DNA of 21,766 nt from an uncultured Pseudomonadota bacterium (GCA_963847705.1 CAWKBC010000028.1:1-21766), one strand, 5' to 3'; counted from the stretch's first letter, positions 8,311 through 17,700 are shown. The notes: generated by a model not told the origin, from the letters alone. Numbers and translations: made by a program.

Positions 8311-11115
8311 TCAAAAGTACTTCGCGAACACGGCGCGGACGCGCGCCATCCGCTCGTCAAGCTCGGCGCCGAGCAGGGTCGGGGTCGTCCCCAGGCTGCG
8401 GGCCAGCGCCGGAAGGTCGCGCGGCGAGACGACCGCCTGCGGACGGTCGAGCAGCAGCCGGAGCCGCAGCGCCGTTCGCCGGAGCAAGACGAAGTCGTCG
8501 CGCAACGCGGCCGGCCACCCGAGCGCCACCAGCCGTTCGAGCACGGCCGACGTCGAGGTGGTGCGGATCTCCGGGTCGGCCGCGTGGCGCAGCTGGCCCA
8601 GCGCCACCAGCAGCTCGACGTCCATGATTCCGCCCGGATCGAACTGGAGGTGACGCGAGCCGTCCGGCACCTGCCCGCGCTCGCGCTCCACCCGCCCTCG
8701 CACGCGGCGGAGCTCGGCCCGAAAACGGTCGTCGTCGACTGGCAAGTCGAACGCCAGTGAGGTCAGCGCCCGCGTGCGCGCGTCGCGCGCCGCCGCCGGC
8801 TCGTCGGTCCAGACGATGCGCGCGCGCAGGAGCGCCACCCGCTCCCAGGCGGCGGACTCCTCGCGGTGGTAGCGCTCGAACGACGCCCAGGAGGTCACCA
8901 GCAGCCCCTGCTCGCCCGAGGGGCGGAGGCGCGTGTCGACCTGATAGAGGCGCCCCTCCTCCAGCATCGCCTCCATGGTGGCGATGAACCGCTGGGAGGC
9001 ACGCGCGAACCACTCCCGGTGATCGACGCCGGCATCGCTCTCCCCGCCCCCGCCGTAGAGAAAGACCAGATCCAGATCGGAGCCATAACGCATCTCGCGC
9101 GCGCCCAGGCTCCCGAGGCCGAGCACGGTGAGCGCCGTCCGAGGCTTGCCGAGGCGCGCCTCGAGGGCCGGCAGCGCCGCGGCGATCCCCGCCGAGAGGC
9201 AGACCTCCGCCAGATCGCTCAGCTGCGCGGAGACCTCCTGCGCCTGCAGGCTCCCGGCCACGTCGTGCAGACCGATGCGCAGGAGCTCCTCCGCCTGGAA
9301 CGATCGGATCGCGCGCAACACGGTCTCCTCGCCCCTCTCCCCGTCGTCCCGCTCGTTCTCCGGCCTGATCTCGGCTTTGGCGAGCCGCGCCGCCAGCCGT
9401 TCGGACAGCTGGGCGAGCGAGCGGACCCGTTCGCCCAGCCCATCGAGGAACGGCTCCCACATCTCCGGATGGCGCACCAGGAGCTCGGCCAGCCGATCGC
9501 TGGTGCCGAACAGCGTCCCCAGCATGCGAACGAGCCGCGGATGATCCCGCAGGAGCGCCATCAGGCCGACCGAGCCCCGCAGCGCCAGATCGCGAAAATG
9601 CGCCAGCGCGCGGTCGGGATCGGGCGAGGCGATCGCCTCCTCGAGGAAGGCCACCGGCATGCGGGCGCCGATCCGCTCCAGCGTGTCGACCGCGACCTCG
9701 ACGTCGCGGAATCCGGCGTTCGTGACCCGTCGCTCCAGCTCTGCGCGGTCCCGCATGGGGTCGAGCAGGCGCGCCGCCGCCAGGTGCGCCTCGGGGGGCG
9801 GCTCCCCCAGCGTGGCGGCGATCGCCTCGACCGCCGCCCGCCGCGCCGCGACCTCCGCATCGAAGGCGGCCAGATCGGGGAACCCCAGGCCGCGCGCGAA
9901 GGCGCTCCGCGCCTGGTCCGTCGCCGGCAGCCGGTGGCGCTGGGCGCCGGTCGCCACCTGCACCCGGTGCTCGAGCCGCCGCCAGAACCGGTAGGCGTCG
10001 AGCAGCGTCTGCGCCTCGCGATCCCCGAGCAGGCCGGCGACCACCAGGCGGGGAAGCGCGCGCGGCGTGTTGCGCTCGCGGAGATCCGACCGCTTGCCGG
10101 CGTGCAGGAGCTGCAGCGCCTGCACCACCATCTCCACGTCGCGGATCCCGCCCGAGCCGAGCTTGACGTCGAACCCGGTGTCACCGAGCGCCCCGGAGGC
10201 GTCGGCCGGATCGCGGAAGAGCGCCCGCAGCCCCCGCACCTCCTCCACCATGCGGGGCTCGACGCTGCGCGGGTAGATGAACGGGTCGAGGGCGGCGAGC
10301 AGCTCGTCGCCGAGCGCGCGATCGCCCGCCGCCGGGCGGGCGCGCAGCCAGGCCTGCCGCTCCCAGGTGCGCCCGAAGGTCTCGTAGTAGCGCTCCGCCG
10401 CCGGCAGCGCGTTGCAGATGGGCCCGCTGCGTCCCTCGGGCCGCAGCCGCAGGTCGACCCGGAAGATCATCCCGTCGGCGGTCGGCTCCTCGATGGCCGC
10501 CGTCACCCGGCGCGAGAGCTCAGCGTAGTAGTGGTGCAAGGTCAGCTGGCCGGTCGCGCCCGCCGCCCCGGCGTCGGTCGAATAGAAGTAGCAGACGTCG
10601 ATGTCGGACGAAAAGTTCAGCTCCTGCCCGCCCAGCTTCCCCATCGCCATCACCACGAAGCTGGTGGGGGCGCCGCTGTCAGCCCGGGCCGGTCCAAGCT
10701 CGCGGGTCAGCGCGGCGTCGCAGAAGGCGACCGCCACGTCGAGGCAGACGTCGGCGAACGCCGACAGCTCGCGCGCCACCTCCTCCGTCGTCCCCCAGCC
10801 GAGCTCGCGCGCGCCCAGGCGCAAGATCTCCGTGCGGCGCACCAGGCGCAGCCGCCGCTGGAGATCGGCGAAATCGCGCACCCCGGCCGTCGCCGTCCGG
10901 ACCTCCTCGGCGATCACCTCGGCCGGCTTCGGGCGCCGCAGGTAGGGATCGCTGGCCAGGGTCCCCAGCCCGCCCACGTCGGCCAGCAACAGCTCGGGAA
11001 GAAACTCGCCGCTGTTGACGATGGCGTCGAGCAGCGCGGCCCCCTCCCCCTCCGCCGGGACGACGCCCCCCAGCTCCAAGAACCGCGCCCGCCGTGCCTT
11101 CGCGCTCTGCGACAT
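8311..11115 (-). CDS. glnE: Bifunctional glutamine synthetase adenylyltransferase / adenylyl-removing enzyme
   Basis: 934 aa with two homologous nucleotidyltransferase domains: MGKLGGQELNFSSDID...VDLRLRPEG...GRTWERQA and LGSLGAREMRYGSDLD...VDTRLRPSG...AWERVAL. Also contains VKLGSGGIRDVE. Confidence 0.95.
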   Translation of the reverse strand: MSQSAKARRARFLELGGVVPAEGEGAALLDAIVNSGEFLPELLLADVGGLGTLASDPYLRRPKPAEVIAEEVRTATAGVRDFADLQRRLRLVRRTEILRLGARELGWGTTEEVARELSAFADVCLDVAVAFCDAALTRELGPARADSGAPTSFVVMAMGKLGGQELNFSSDIDVCYFYSTDAGAAGATGQLTLHHYYAELSRRVTAAIEEPTADGMIFRVDLRLRPEGRSGPICNALPAAERYYETFGRTWERQAWLRARPAAGDRALGDELLAALDPFIYPRSVEPRMVEEVRGLRALFRDPADASGALGDTGFDVKLGSGGIRDVEMVVQALQLLHAGKRSDLRERNTPRALPRLVVAGLLGDREAQTLLDAYRFWRRLEHRVQVATGAQRHRLPATDQARSAFARGLGFPDLAAFDAEVAARRAAVEAIAATLGEPPPEAHLAAARLLDPMRDRAELERRVTNAGFRDVEVAVDTLERIGARMPVAFLEEAIASPDPDRALAHFRDLALRGSVGLMALLRDHPRLVRMLGTLFGTSDRLAELLVRHPEMWEPFLDGLGERVRSLAQLSERLAARLAKAEIRPENERDDGERGEETVLRAIRSFQAEELLRIGLHDVAGSLQAQEVSAQLSDLAEVCLSAGIAAALPALEARLGKPRTALTVLGLGSLGAREMRYGSDLDLVFLYGGGGESDAGVDHREWFARASQRFIATMEAMLEEGRLYQVDTRLRPSGEQGLLVTSWASFERYHREESAAWERVALLRARIVWTDEPAAARDARTRALTSLAFDLPVDDDRFRAELRRVRGRVERERGQVPDGSRHLQFDPGGIMDVELLVALGQLRHAADPEIRTTSTSAVLERLVALGWPAALRDDFVLLRRTALRLRLLLDRPQAVVSPRDLPALARSLGTTPTLLGAELDERMARVRAVFAKYF

Positions 11116-11132
11116 GGACGGGGATCCTGAGG

Positions 11133-13187
11133 TCAGAGATCAGCTTGGGCCAGGCTGAACTTGTTGTTGGTCTCGTCGACGATCTGGAACGACGGCCGCA
11201 CCTCGGGGGGGAGATCCTGACTGACCCGGGCCTGCTGGTGGCGCTCGAAGATGAAGAACGCCCGCCGGCCGCGGTGGTGCGCGACCCACTCCTTCAGGTG
11301 ATCGTCCGCCCCCTCCTGATCGAACACGGTGCGCTCCTCGGCCGGCCCTTGGTAGATCTCGTTCGAGGTGTAGAACGTCTCGCCCCGCCAGTAGAGCATG
11401 TAGGCGCAGAGACGCTCGTCGGGGGAGCTGCGGCGCTGGTAATAGGTGGCGATCGGCCCCTTCTGCGACCAGAACGGCGCCACCTTCGGCATGAAGTCAT
11501 CGAGCAGGTAGAACGTGAACACCACCGCCGACGCCGGAAGCACCCACAGCGCGACCCGCTGCGCGCGCGGCCAGACCAGCAGCGCCGAGCCGATGGCGAA
11601 CACGATGGCGAAGACGATCAGCGCCGTCGAAAAATCGAGCGACGGCGGCCAGGGTCGCCCCACCGGGCTCTGCACGTAGTCGTAGGAGAAGAGCCAGAGG
11701 AACCGCTCGGCGGCGTTCATGCTCACCGTCAGATCGAGCGTGATCAACAACAGCAGCGGAAGCCCCACCACCAGCGCCGCTGCGCCCGTGCGCCAGGCCT
11801 TGCGCGCGAGCAGCTCGTCGAGGAAGCAGCCAATGACGATGGCCAGCCCCGGAATCGCCGGCAGCACGTAGTGATGGAACTTGGTCATCGACAGCGAGAC
11901 GACGGCGTACGACGAGACGAACCAGATGGCGCCCAGCCAGATCACCTGCTGCTTGCCGGACGCGGCGGCGTCGCCCCCCGGCCCGGTCGTCGTGCCCGGT
12001 CGGCGCAGCACCGCCCACCCGAGGGCGGCGGGCGCCAGCACCACCCAGGGCCACATGCCATAGCCGAGCTCGCGCAGGAAGTACTCGAAGGTGCCGCGAT
12101 CGCCGTGCCGGCCGATGACCATCCGGCGCCAGTGGTTGTCGCCGAAGAGCTCGTCCCAGAACGGCATGCCGTGGCGGATCAGCATGGCGTGGTGCCAGGG
12201 GACAGCCACCACCGCGAAGGCGATCACCGCCACGACGACGGCGAACAGCATCTGCGGGCGCCGCAACCGATGCCAGCCTCCCGTGAAGGCGAGGTGGGCC
12301 AGCAAGATGATGAGGGGCAGCCCCAGTCCGGCCAGCCCTTTGGCCAGCACCGCCAGCGCGCAGAGGATGGCCGCCAGGTAGAGATAGAGGGGGGCCCGGG
12401 TGCGCGTTCGGGCCGCCAGGAACAGGAAGGCGACGAACCCCAGGTAATACGGAATCATCGCCACCACCCCGTAGAGGAGCAGCACCTGGCCCCCCCAGGG
12501 GATCTCGACCTTCAGCTGGATCGAGTTGACGATCAGCTGTGGGAGCACCGCCAGCGCGAACAGCGCCACGGTGCCGTAGAAGAGGCCGCTGTCGGGCCAG
12601 CTGCGCCAGCCCCGTCCGCGCCGCGGCAGCTGTTCGTCGGAATCATCGAAGAGCGCCAGAGCGGCCAGCGCCAAGGCCATCGCCATCGGGCCGACGAAGG
12701 CCATGTCGGTCATCGCCTGCCGCGCCACCAGGCTGTACATCGGCGCGGTGGCGACGACGATCGCCGCCAGAACAGCCGCGCGCCGCGACACGAAGCGCGC
12801 GGTGATCAGGTAGACGGCATAAATCCCGAGCACGCCCGTCAGGCAAAACGGAACGCGCGCCGCCCACTCCGCGCGGTGCCCGAGGGCCATCTCGCCCGCT
12901 GGATGGCCTGGCAATCCGATGCCGGCGAGGTGCATGGCCAGGCTCATCATCCAGAACGACAGCACCGGCTTGGACCAGAAGACGTCGGCGTCGCGCGGCG
13001 AGCCGGGCCACCAGAGGCTGATGTAGTCGCCCCGATGGGTCATCTGACGGGCGACCTCCGCGTAGTGGGTCTCCCAGGGGTCCCAGAGCCCGTAGCTGCC
13101 GGCGAAGGGGATGTAGAGAAGCAGGCCGAAGAGGATCACGAGGAGCGCCATCTGCCGCTCGCTGAGACGGTCCAAGGCCGCCATCAC
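11133..13187 (-). CDS. ArnT/PMT-like (GT-C fold, GT39/GT83) polytopic membrane glycosyltransferase
   Basis: Motifs LWDPWETHYAEVARQM, KPVLSFW, WAARVP, ARQAMTD, LAKGLAG, PWH and TKFHHYVLPAIP, plus many transmembrane segments. Start is GTG 13187 or ATG 13184. Substrate cannot be determined. Confidence 0.88.
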   Translation of the reverse strand: MMAALDRLSERQMALLVILFGLLLYIPFAGSYGLWDPWETHYAEVARQMTHRGDYISLWWPGSPRDADVFWSKPVLSFWMMSLAMHLAGIGLPGHPAGEMALGHRAEWAARVPFCLTGVLGIYAVYLITARFVSRRAAVLAAIVVATAPMYSLVARQAMTDMAFVGPMAMALALAALALFDDSDEQLPRRGRGWRSWPDSGLFYGTVALFALAVLPQLIVNSIQLKVEIPWGGQVLLLYGVVAMIPYYLGFVAFLFLAARTRTRAPLYLYLAAILCALAVLAKGLAGLGLPLIILLAHLAFTGGWHRLRRPQMLFAVVVAVIAFAVVAVPWHHAMLIRHGMPFWDELFGDNHWRRMVIGRHGDRGTFEYFLRELGYGMWPWVVLAPAALGWAVLRRPGTTTGPGGDAAASGKQQVIWLGAIWFVSSYAVVSLSMTKFHHYVLPAIPGLAIVIGCFLDELLARKAWRTGAAALVVGLPLLLLITLDLTVSMNAAERFLWLFSYDYVQSPVGRPWPPSLDFSTALIVFAIVFAIGSALLVWPRAQRVALWVLPASAVVFTFYLLDDFMPKVAPFWSQKGPIATYYQRRSSPDERLCAYMLYWRGETFYTSNEIYQGPAEERTVFDQEGADDHLKEWVAHHRGRRAFFIFERHQQARVSQDLPPEVRPSFQIVDETNNKFSLAQADL

Positions 13188-13190
13188 TTT

Positions 13191-13324
13191 CGCGGGACCC
13201 CCGAGAGGGTTCCCGCCCCCTCCCGCGACGGGCTCCGGCGAGCGAAGCTGGCCTGCGATCTGCGCGGGACCCTCAAGGGGCCCGTGCCCCCGCGACGGGC
13301 TCCGGCGAGCAGAGCTCGCCTACG
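13191..13324. repeat. Two direct copies of a roughly 65-bp palindromic REP/MITE-like element
   Basis: Copies at 13191-13257 and 13263-13324 share CGCGGGACCC...CCCGCGACGGGCTCCGGCGAGC-nnn-GCT[G/C]GCCT[G/A]CG. Each has two hairpins; copy 2 has a perfect GGCGAGC-AGA-GCTCGCC stem-loop. Confidence 0.8.
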
Positions 13325-13333
13325 CCCACGCGA

Positions 13334-14311
13334 TCACTGCGCCAGAACCTTCTGGAGCTGGAGCAGCTTGAGATCGATCACCTTGCCGGCGCCGACCACG
13401 TCGGCGAGGGGGGTGGTGCGCACCTCGCCGCGAATGAGACCCACCAGGCAGCCGTGCTCGCCGCGATCCAGACATTCGGTCGCCGCCGCCGACAGCCGCG
13501 TCGCCAGCAGGCGATCGAACGCCCCCGGCTCGCCGCCGCGCTGCACGTGGCCGAGCGTGGTCACGCGCAGATCGAATCCCAGCCGCCCCTTTTCGCGCTC
13601 GAAGTGCTGCGCCAGCTTGACGGCGTTGTGCTTGGCCCCTTCGGCCACCACCACCATCGCGTGCTGCTTGCCGCGCTCCCAGGCTGCCTGCAGGTTCTGA
13701 GCGATCAGCTCCGGCTCCACGTCTGCCTCGGGGATGACCACCGAGTCGGCGCCGCCCGCGATGCCGGCCATCAGCGCGAGGTAGCCGCAGTTGCGCCCCA
13801 TCACCTCGACCAAGAAAGCCCGCTTGTGCGAGGAAGCGGTCACCCGCAGCCGGTCGATCGCCTCGAGCGCGATGTTGAGCGCGGTGTCGACACCGATGGT
13901 CATCTCGGACCCGGCGAGATCGTTGTCGATGGTCGAGGCGACGCCCACCACCGGGAGCCCCGCCTTCGAGAGCGCCAGCGCCCCCGTCTGGGTGCCGTTG
14001 CCGCCGATCACCACCAGGCCGTCGATCCCGCGCGCGTTCAGCTGCGCGAGCCCGCGCGCGCGCACCGCCTCGTCCTTGAACTCCGGCAGCCGGGCGCTCC
14101 CCAGGAAGGTGCCGCCGCGTTGCAGGATGTTGCCGACGTCGCGCGCACCGAGCACCTCCATGTGCCCGTCGCAGAGGCCCGCGTATCCGTTGCGGACACC
14201 GAACACTTCCCAGCCCTTGGCGATCCCGGTGCGGACGACCGCGCGGATGGCGGCGTTCATCCCGGGCGCGTCCCCACCGCTGGTCAAAACGGCGATCTTT
14301 CTCGAAGCCAT
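13334..14311 (-). CDS. pfkA: 6-phosphofructokinase (PfkA family, probably ATP-dependent)
   Basis: Motifs LTSGGDAPGMNAAIR, GGTFLGSAR, VIGGNGT, TIDND, VEVMGR, VAEG and LGHVQRGG; 325 aa. Confidence 0.96.
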   Translation of the reverse strand: MASRKIAVLTSGGDAPGMNAAIRAVVRTGIAKGWEVFGVRNGYAGLCDGHMEVLGARDVGNILQRGGTFLGSARLPEFKDEAVRARGLAQLNARGIDGLVVIGGNGTQTGALALSKAGLPVVGVASTIDNDLAGSEMTIGVDTALNIALEAIDRLRVTASSHKRAFLVEVMGRNCGYLALMAGIAGGADSVVIPEADVEPELIAQNLQAAWERGKQHAMVVVAEGAKHNAVKLAQHFEREKGRLGFDLRVTTLGHVQRGGEPGAFDRLLATRLSAAATECLDRGEHGCLVGLIRGEVRTTPLADVVGAGKVIDLKLLQLQKVLAQ

Positions 14312-14484
14312 CGAGGGAGTCCGTATACCACGGGATCGCGGGTCCGGTTCTCCGCGCGCGACCTCCAGGCCTGTTTTTGGACGGTTGCTCCGATGGTTCC
14401 TCGAGCTCGTCCGCGCACCGCGGCGAACGGCTCGAGCGTGACGGACGCTTCACGCTCCGGGCGGGTCCGGGCTACGCTGCGCCC

Positions 14485-14985
14485 GTGGTCATCAAAAAGA
14501 AGCCGGCGCCGACCGAGATCAACTACATCACGCCGGTGGGCTTCAAGCGGCTGGCGGACGAGCTGACCTTCCTGCGCAGCAAGAAGCGCCCCGAGGTGGT
14601 GGGCGCGCTGGGCGACGCCGCCGCGGAGGGAGATCGCTCGGAGAACGCCGAGTACATCTATCGCAAGAAGCAGCTGCGCGAGATCGACAAGCGGCTGCGG
14701 TTCCTCTCCAAGCGGCTCGACGACGTGCAGATCGTCGACCCGGCGACGCAGCCGCGCCGCGATCGCGTCTTCTTCGGCGCCACCGTCACCGTCGAGGACG
14801 AAGAGGGCGACAAGGCGACCTACCGGATCGTCGGCGTCGACGAGAGTGACGCCGACGCCGGCGACATCTCCTGGAAGTCGCCGGTGGGGCGCTCGCTGCT
14901 CGGGAAGGCCAAGGGGGAGACGGTCATCGCCCGCTGGCACGCCGGTCTGCGCGAGCTGACCATCGCGAAGATCGTCTACCGCTGA
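14485..14985 (+). CDS. greB: Transcription elongation factor GreB
   Basis: Motifs NYITPVG, AAAEGDRSENAEYIYRKKQLREIDKRLRFL, VFFGATV, RIVGVDE and ISWKSPVGRSLLGK. GTG 14485 gives the usual size (166 aa); the ORF-track start at 14377 adds non-homologous sequence. Confidence 0.95.
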   Translation: MVIKKKPAPTEINYITPVGFKRLADELTFLRSKKRPEVVGALGDAAAEGDRSENAEYIYRKKQLREIDKRLRFLSKRLDDVQIVDPATQPRRDRVFFGATVTVEDEEGDKATYRIVGVDESDADAGDISWKSPVGRSLLGKAKGETVIARWHAGLRELTIAKIVYR

Positions 14986-15051
14986 TCGCCGCCCCCGGGC
15001 TCTGCTTGCCAGTCGCCCTGGGGTGGGCAGATTCGAGGAGGAGGCGCACAC

Positions 15052-15192
15052 ATGCGTATCAGAACGACGAAGAAGTTTTCTCTGTTCCCCTGGATTCCGC
15101 TGGTGCCGATGACGTTCATGGTCGGCTCGTTCGTCACCGCGGTCCGTGCCCTCCACCGGGTGCGCCGCCTCGAGCACCGGCTCGCGGCTTAG
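15052..15192 (+). CDS. Putative 46-aa small membrane protein (not in ORF track)
   Basis: A strong RBS GAGGAGGAGG lies 7 nt before ATG 15052. The product is MRIRTTKKFSLFPWIPLVPMTFMVGSFVTAVRALHRVRRLEHRLAA*. It fills the gap between greB and the convergent gene and overlaps the latter by 4 nt. Confidence 0.7.
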   Translation: MRIRTTKKFSLFPWIPLVPMTFMVGSFVTAVRALHRVRRLEHRLAA

Positions 15193-16040
15193 CGGACGGT
15201 CTTTGCCGGCGCCGCGCCGGAGCGGCGCTGGCCCTCGTACACCAGGACCGCCGCGCGTGGCTGGCGGCGAATCAACGTGGTCCCTGGCTTCGCGCGCCTG
15301 GGGTACCAGGCGGCGTACCAGGGCTCGCTCCGCAACGCGGGGAGCGTGGCGATGAGCTCGGGGACGTAGAGATCGACCTCGCGATAATTTCCCTGCGTGA
15401 GGGCGTCGGTCGCCGGCCCGAAGCTGTACCTGGCCAGCGCCGGGTCGGGCGCGAGATCGTTGTGGAGCGCGCCGCCGTAGACCAGCACCAGCGGGCGCTC
15501 GGCCGGGCGGGGAAGCGCCAGGGCCTGCTCGATCGCGCGGCCGAGGTGCTGGCCGGTCAGCGCCAGCAGCCGGTCGTAGTCGACGGCGCCGCCCGTGCCG
15601 ACCAGCGACTGGTATTCGTGACAGTCGACGTCGAGCACGTGCGGCGCGACCCCCAGCTCCTTGGCGCGCCGCAGGAGGCGCACGATCTCGTTCTCGGTCT
15701 CCGCCGGCCGCTCGGTGGTGCGGGCGACGTCCCCGGTCACCTGCTTCTCGGTCTCGCCGCAGGTGCCGCGCGAGACCCAGGTCTCGACGATGAGGTGCGA
15801 CGCGCGCGGCGCGATGGCCGGCAGGATCTCCTCGGTGAAGCGCGCGAGCGACGACCGGACGCCGGCCGTCTTCACGGTCTGGTGCAGCTCGCCGAAGGCG
15901 ACCACGCCGGAGGCATCGCCGAGAAACGCCTTCACCGCCGCCGCCGGTGAAGAGAACTTCTCCGCCACCAGGGGGGCGCCCGACGACGGCCCGGTGGCCA
16001 GCAGCGCCGCGAGCCCGCCCAGCGCCGCGGCGCCGTTCAC
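15189..16040 (-). CDS. Secreted hypothetical protein, possibly EreA/ChaN/TraB-like fold
   Basis: 283 aa with a signal-peptide-like N-terminus. The GTG start overlaps the protease stop (GTGA). Motifs VVAFGELHQ, LIVETW and LVYGGALHN. The fold assignment is inference. Confidence 0.7.
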   Translation of the reverse strand: MNGAAALGGLAALLATGPSSGAPLVAEKFSSPAAAVKAFLGDASGVVAFGELHQTVKTAGVRSSLARFTEEILPAIAPRASHLIVETWVSRGTCGETEKQVTGDVARTTERPAETENEIVRLLRRAKELGVAPHVLDVDCHEYQSLVGTGGAVDYDRLLALTGQHLGRAIEQALALPRPAERPLVLVYGGALHNDLAPDPALARYSFGPATDALTQGNYREVDLYVPELIATLPALRSEPWYAAWYPRRAKPGTTLIRRQPRAAVLVYEGQRRSGAAPAKTVR

Positions 16041-17628
16041 GGACCGCCGAGCGTGATGTAGCGGAGCCCACCCGCGGTCGCCAGGCGCACCAGGTGCCCC
16101 CCTTTGCGCGGGGCGCCCAGCACGGCGACCGCTTCGTCGGAGGTCGTCACCCGCTGGCGATCGATCTCCAGGATCACGTCCCCTTCGCGCACTCCGGCGG
16201 CCGCCGCCTGCCCGCCCGGCGCGACCTCCGCGACCACCGCGCCGCGCGTCCGCGGGTCGAGCCCCAGCGACTCGGCCAGCTGCGGCGTCAACGTCTGCAG
16301 CGCCAGGCCCACCTTCGGCGAGGGCCCGGCGCCGTGCCCGTCCTGCGAGGGCAACTCGCCGAGCGTGACCTCGACGGACTGCCGCTTGCCTCCGCGCCAG
16401 ACGCCCACCGCCACCTGGGCGCCGATCCCGCGCGTCGAGACGTAGTCGATCACGTCCCCGGCGCCGTCCATCTTCTTGCCGTCGATGTCGGTGATGAAGT
16501 CCCCCGGGTGGAGGCCCGCTCTGGCCGCCGGACCACCAGGCGTCACCTCGCTGACGAAGGCGCTGGTGCCGGCCGGGGCCGCCTTGGCCGCGGCGGGATC
16601 CATCTCGCCGAGATCGCCGACCAGCACGCCGAGGTAGGCGTAGCGCACGCGCCCCTCTTTCAGCAACGACTCGGCGACCCGCCGCACCTGGTTGATCGGG
16701 ATCGCGAAGCCGTAGGCGCCGCCGGGGCCGGTGTTGATGAGCGTGTTGATGCCCACGACCTCAGAAGAAAGGTTCACCAGTGGCCCGCCCGAGTTGCCCG
16801 GGTTGATCTTGGCGTCGGTCTGGATGTAGTGGCGCACCCGGCCGCCCGACATCTGCACGTGCCGCCCCACCTTCCCCTTGCCGCTGACGATGCCGGCGGT
16901 GACCGTCTGATCGAGGCCGAGCGGGCTGCCGACCGCCAGCACCCACTCGCCGACCTCCAGCTTGTCGTCGTCGCCGAGGCGCGCCGCCACCAGATCGCGC
17001 GGCGGCGCGTCGAGGCGGATGACCGCGACGTCGGTCTCCGAATCCATCCCCAGCGTCTTGGCGGTGAACTCGCGCCCGTCGCTGAAGGTCACCTTGACGT
17101 TGGTGGCGTTGGAGACGACGTGGCGGTTGGTCACGATGTCGCCGCGCGCGTCCATCACCACGCCCGAGCCGGTTCCGCGCTGGGGGCCGGGCGACGGCTC
17201 CGGCATCCCGGGGCCGAAGAAGCGACGCAGGAACGGCGCCATCCGGCTGTCCTCGTCCTCGCCCCCCTCGCCGTTCTGGCCCCCGTGCGAGGGCGCGATC
17301 TCCACGTCGATGCGCACCACCGACGGACGCAGCGCGCGCGCCACCGCCGAGAAGGCCGACGACAGGACCCGCGCCTCGCTGGGCGCCTCGGTCCTGGGCG
17401 TGACCGCGCCCCCCGGCTGCAGCGCGGGGGGGGCGGGGGCTCGGCGGGACCTGGCCCCGGGGAAGCAGCAGGTGGGGACGAGGTCCCGTTCGCTGCCCCA
17501 GGCGGTGGCGCGGGCTCGTGCTGGTTCAACCGCTCCGCCAGCTGCCGGCAGCCGGCGCCGCCGACGAACGACGCCAACGCGAGCGCGCCACCGACGAGAC
17601 GAAGTGAGCGAGCCCACGCGATCTTCAT
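16037..17628 (-). CDS. HtrA/DegQ (Do-family) serine protease with two PDZ domains and lipoprotein signal; frameshifted at a C8 run (17426-17433)
   Basis: Catalytic triad motifs TNRHVV, TDVAV and INPGNSGGPL, with two PDZ domains, in the 16037-ending frame. The signal peptide MKIAWARSLRLVGGALALASFVGGAGC begins at ATG 17628 in another frame. Adding one C to the run joins them into a 530-aa protein (...AEPPPPPALQPGG...). Confidence 0.9.
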
Positions 17629-17700
17629 GGGCGTTATTTAGCGATCTGGCGATGGTGAGCGCAAGGCCCTCCGAAAGTTGTAAAAGCCTGGGAGCGAGCG

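Noticed and set aside
8866-13700. Long plus-strand ORFs 8866..11130 and 11094..13700
   Set aside because: They are antisense shadows of glnE, the glycosyltransferase and pfkA, with no domain motifs.
17629-17700. Sigma54 -24/-12 promoter in the htrA/gdh divergent region
   Set aside because: The TGGC is not followed by GC at the required GG-N10-GC spacing.
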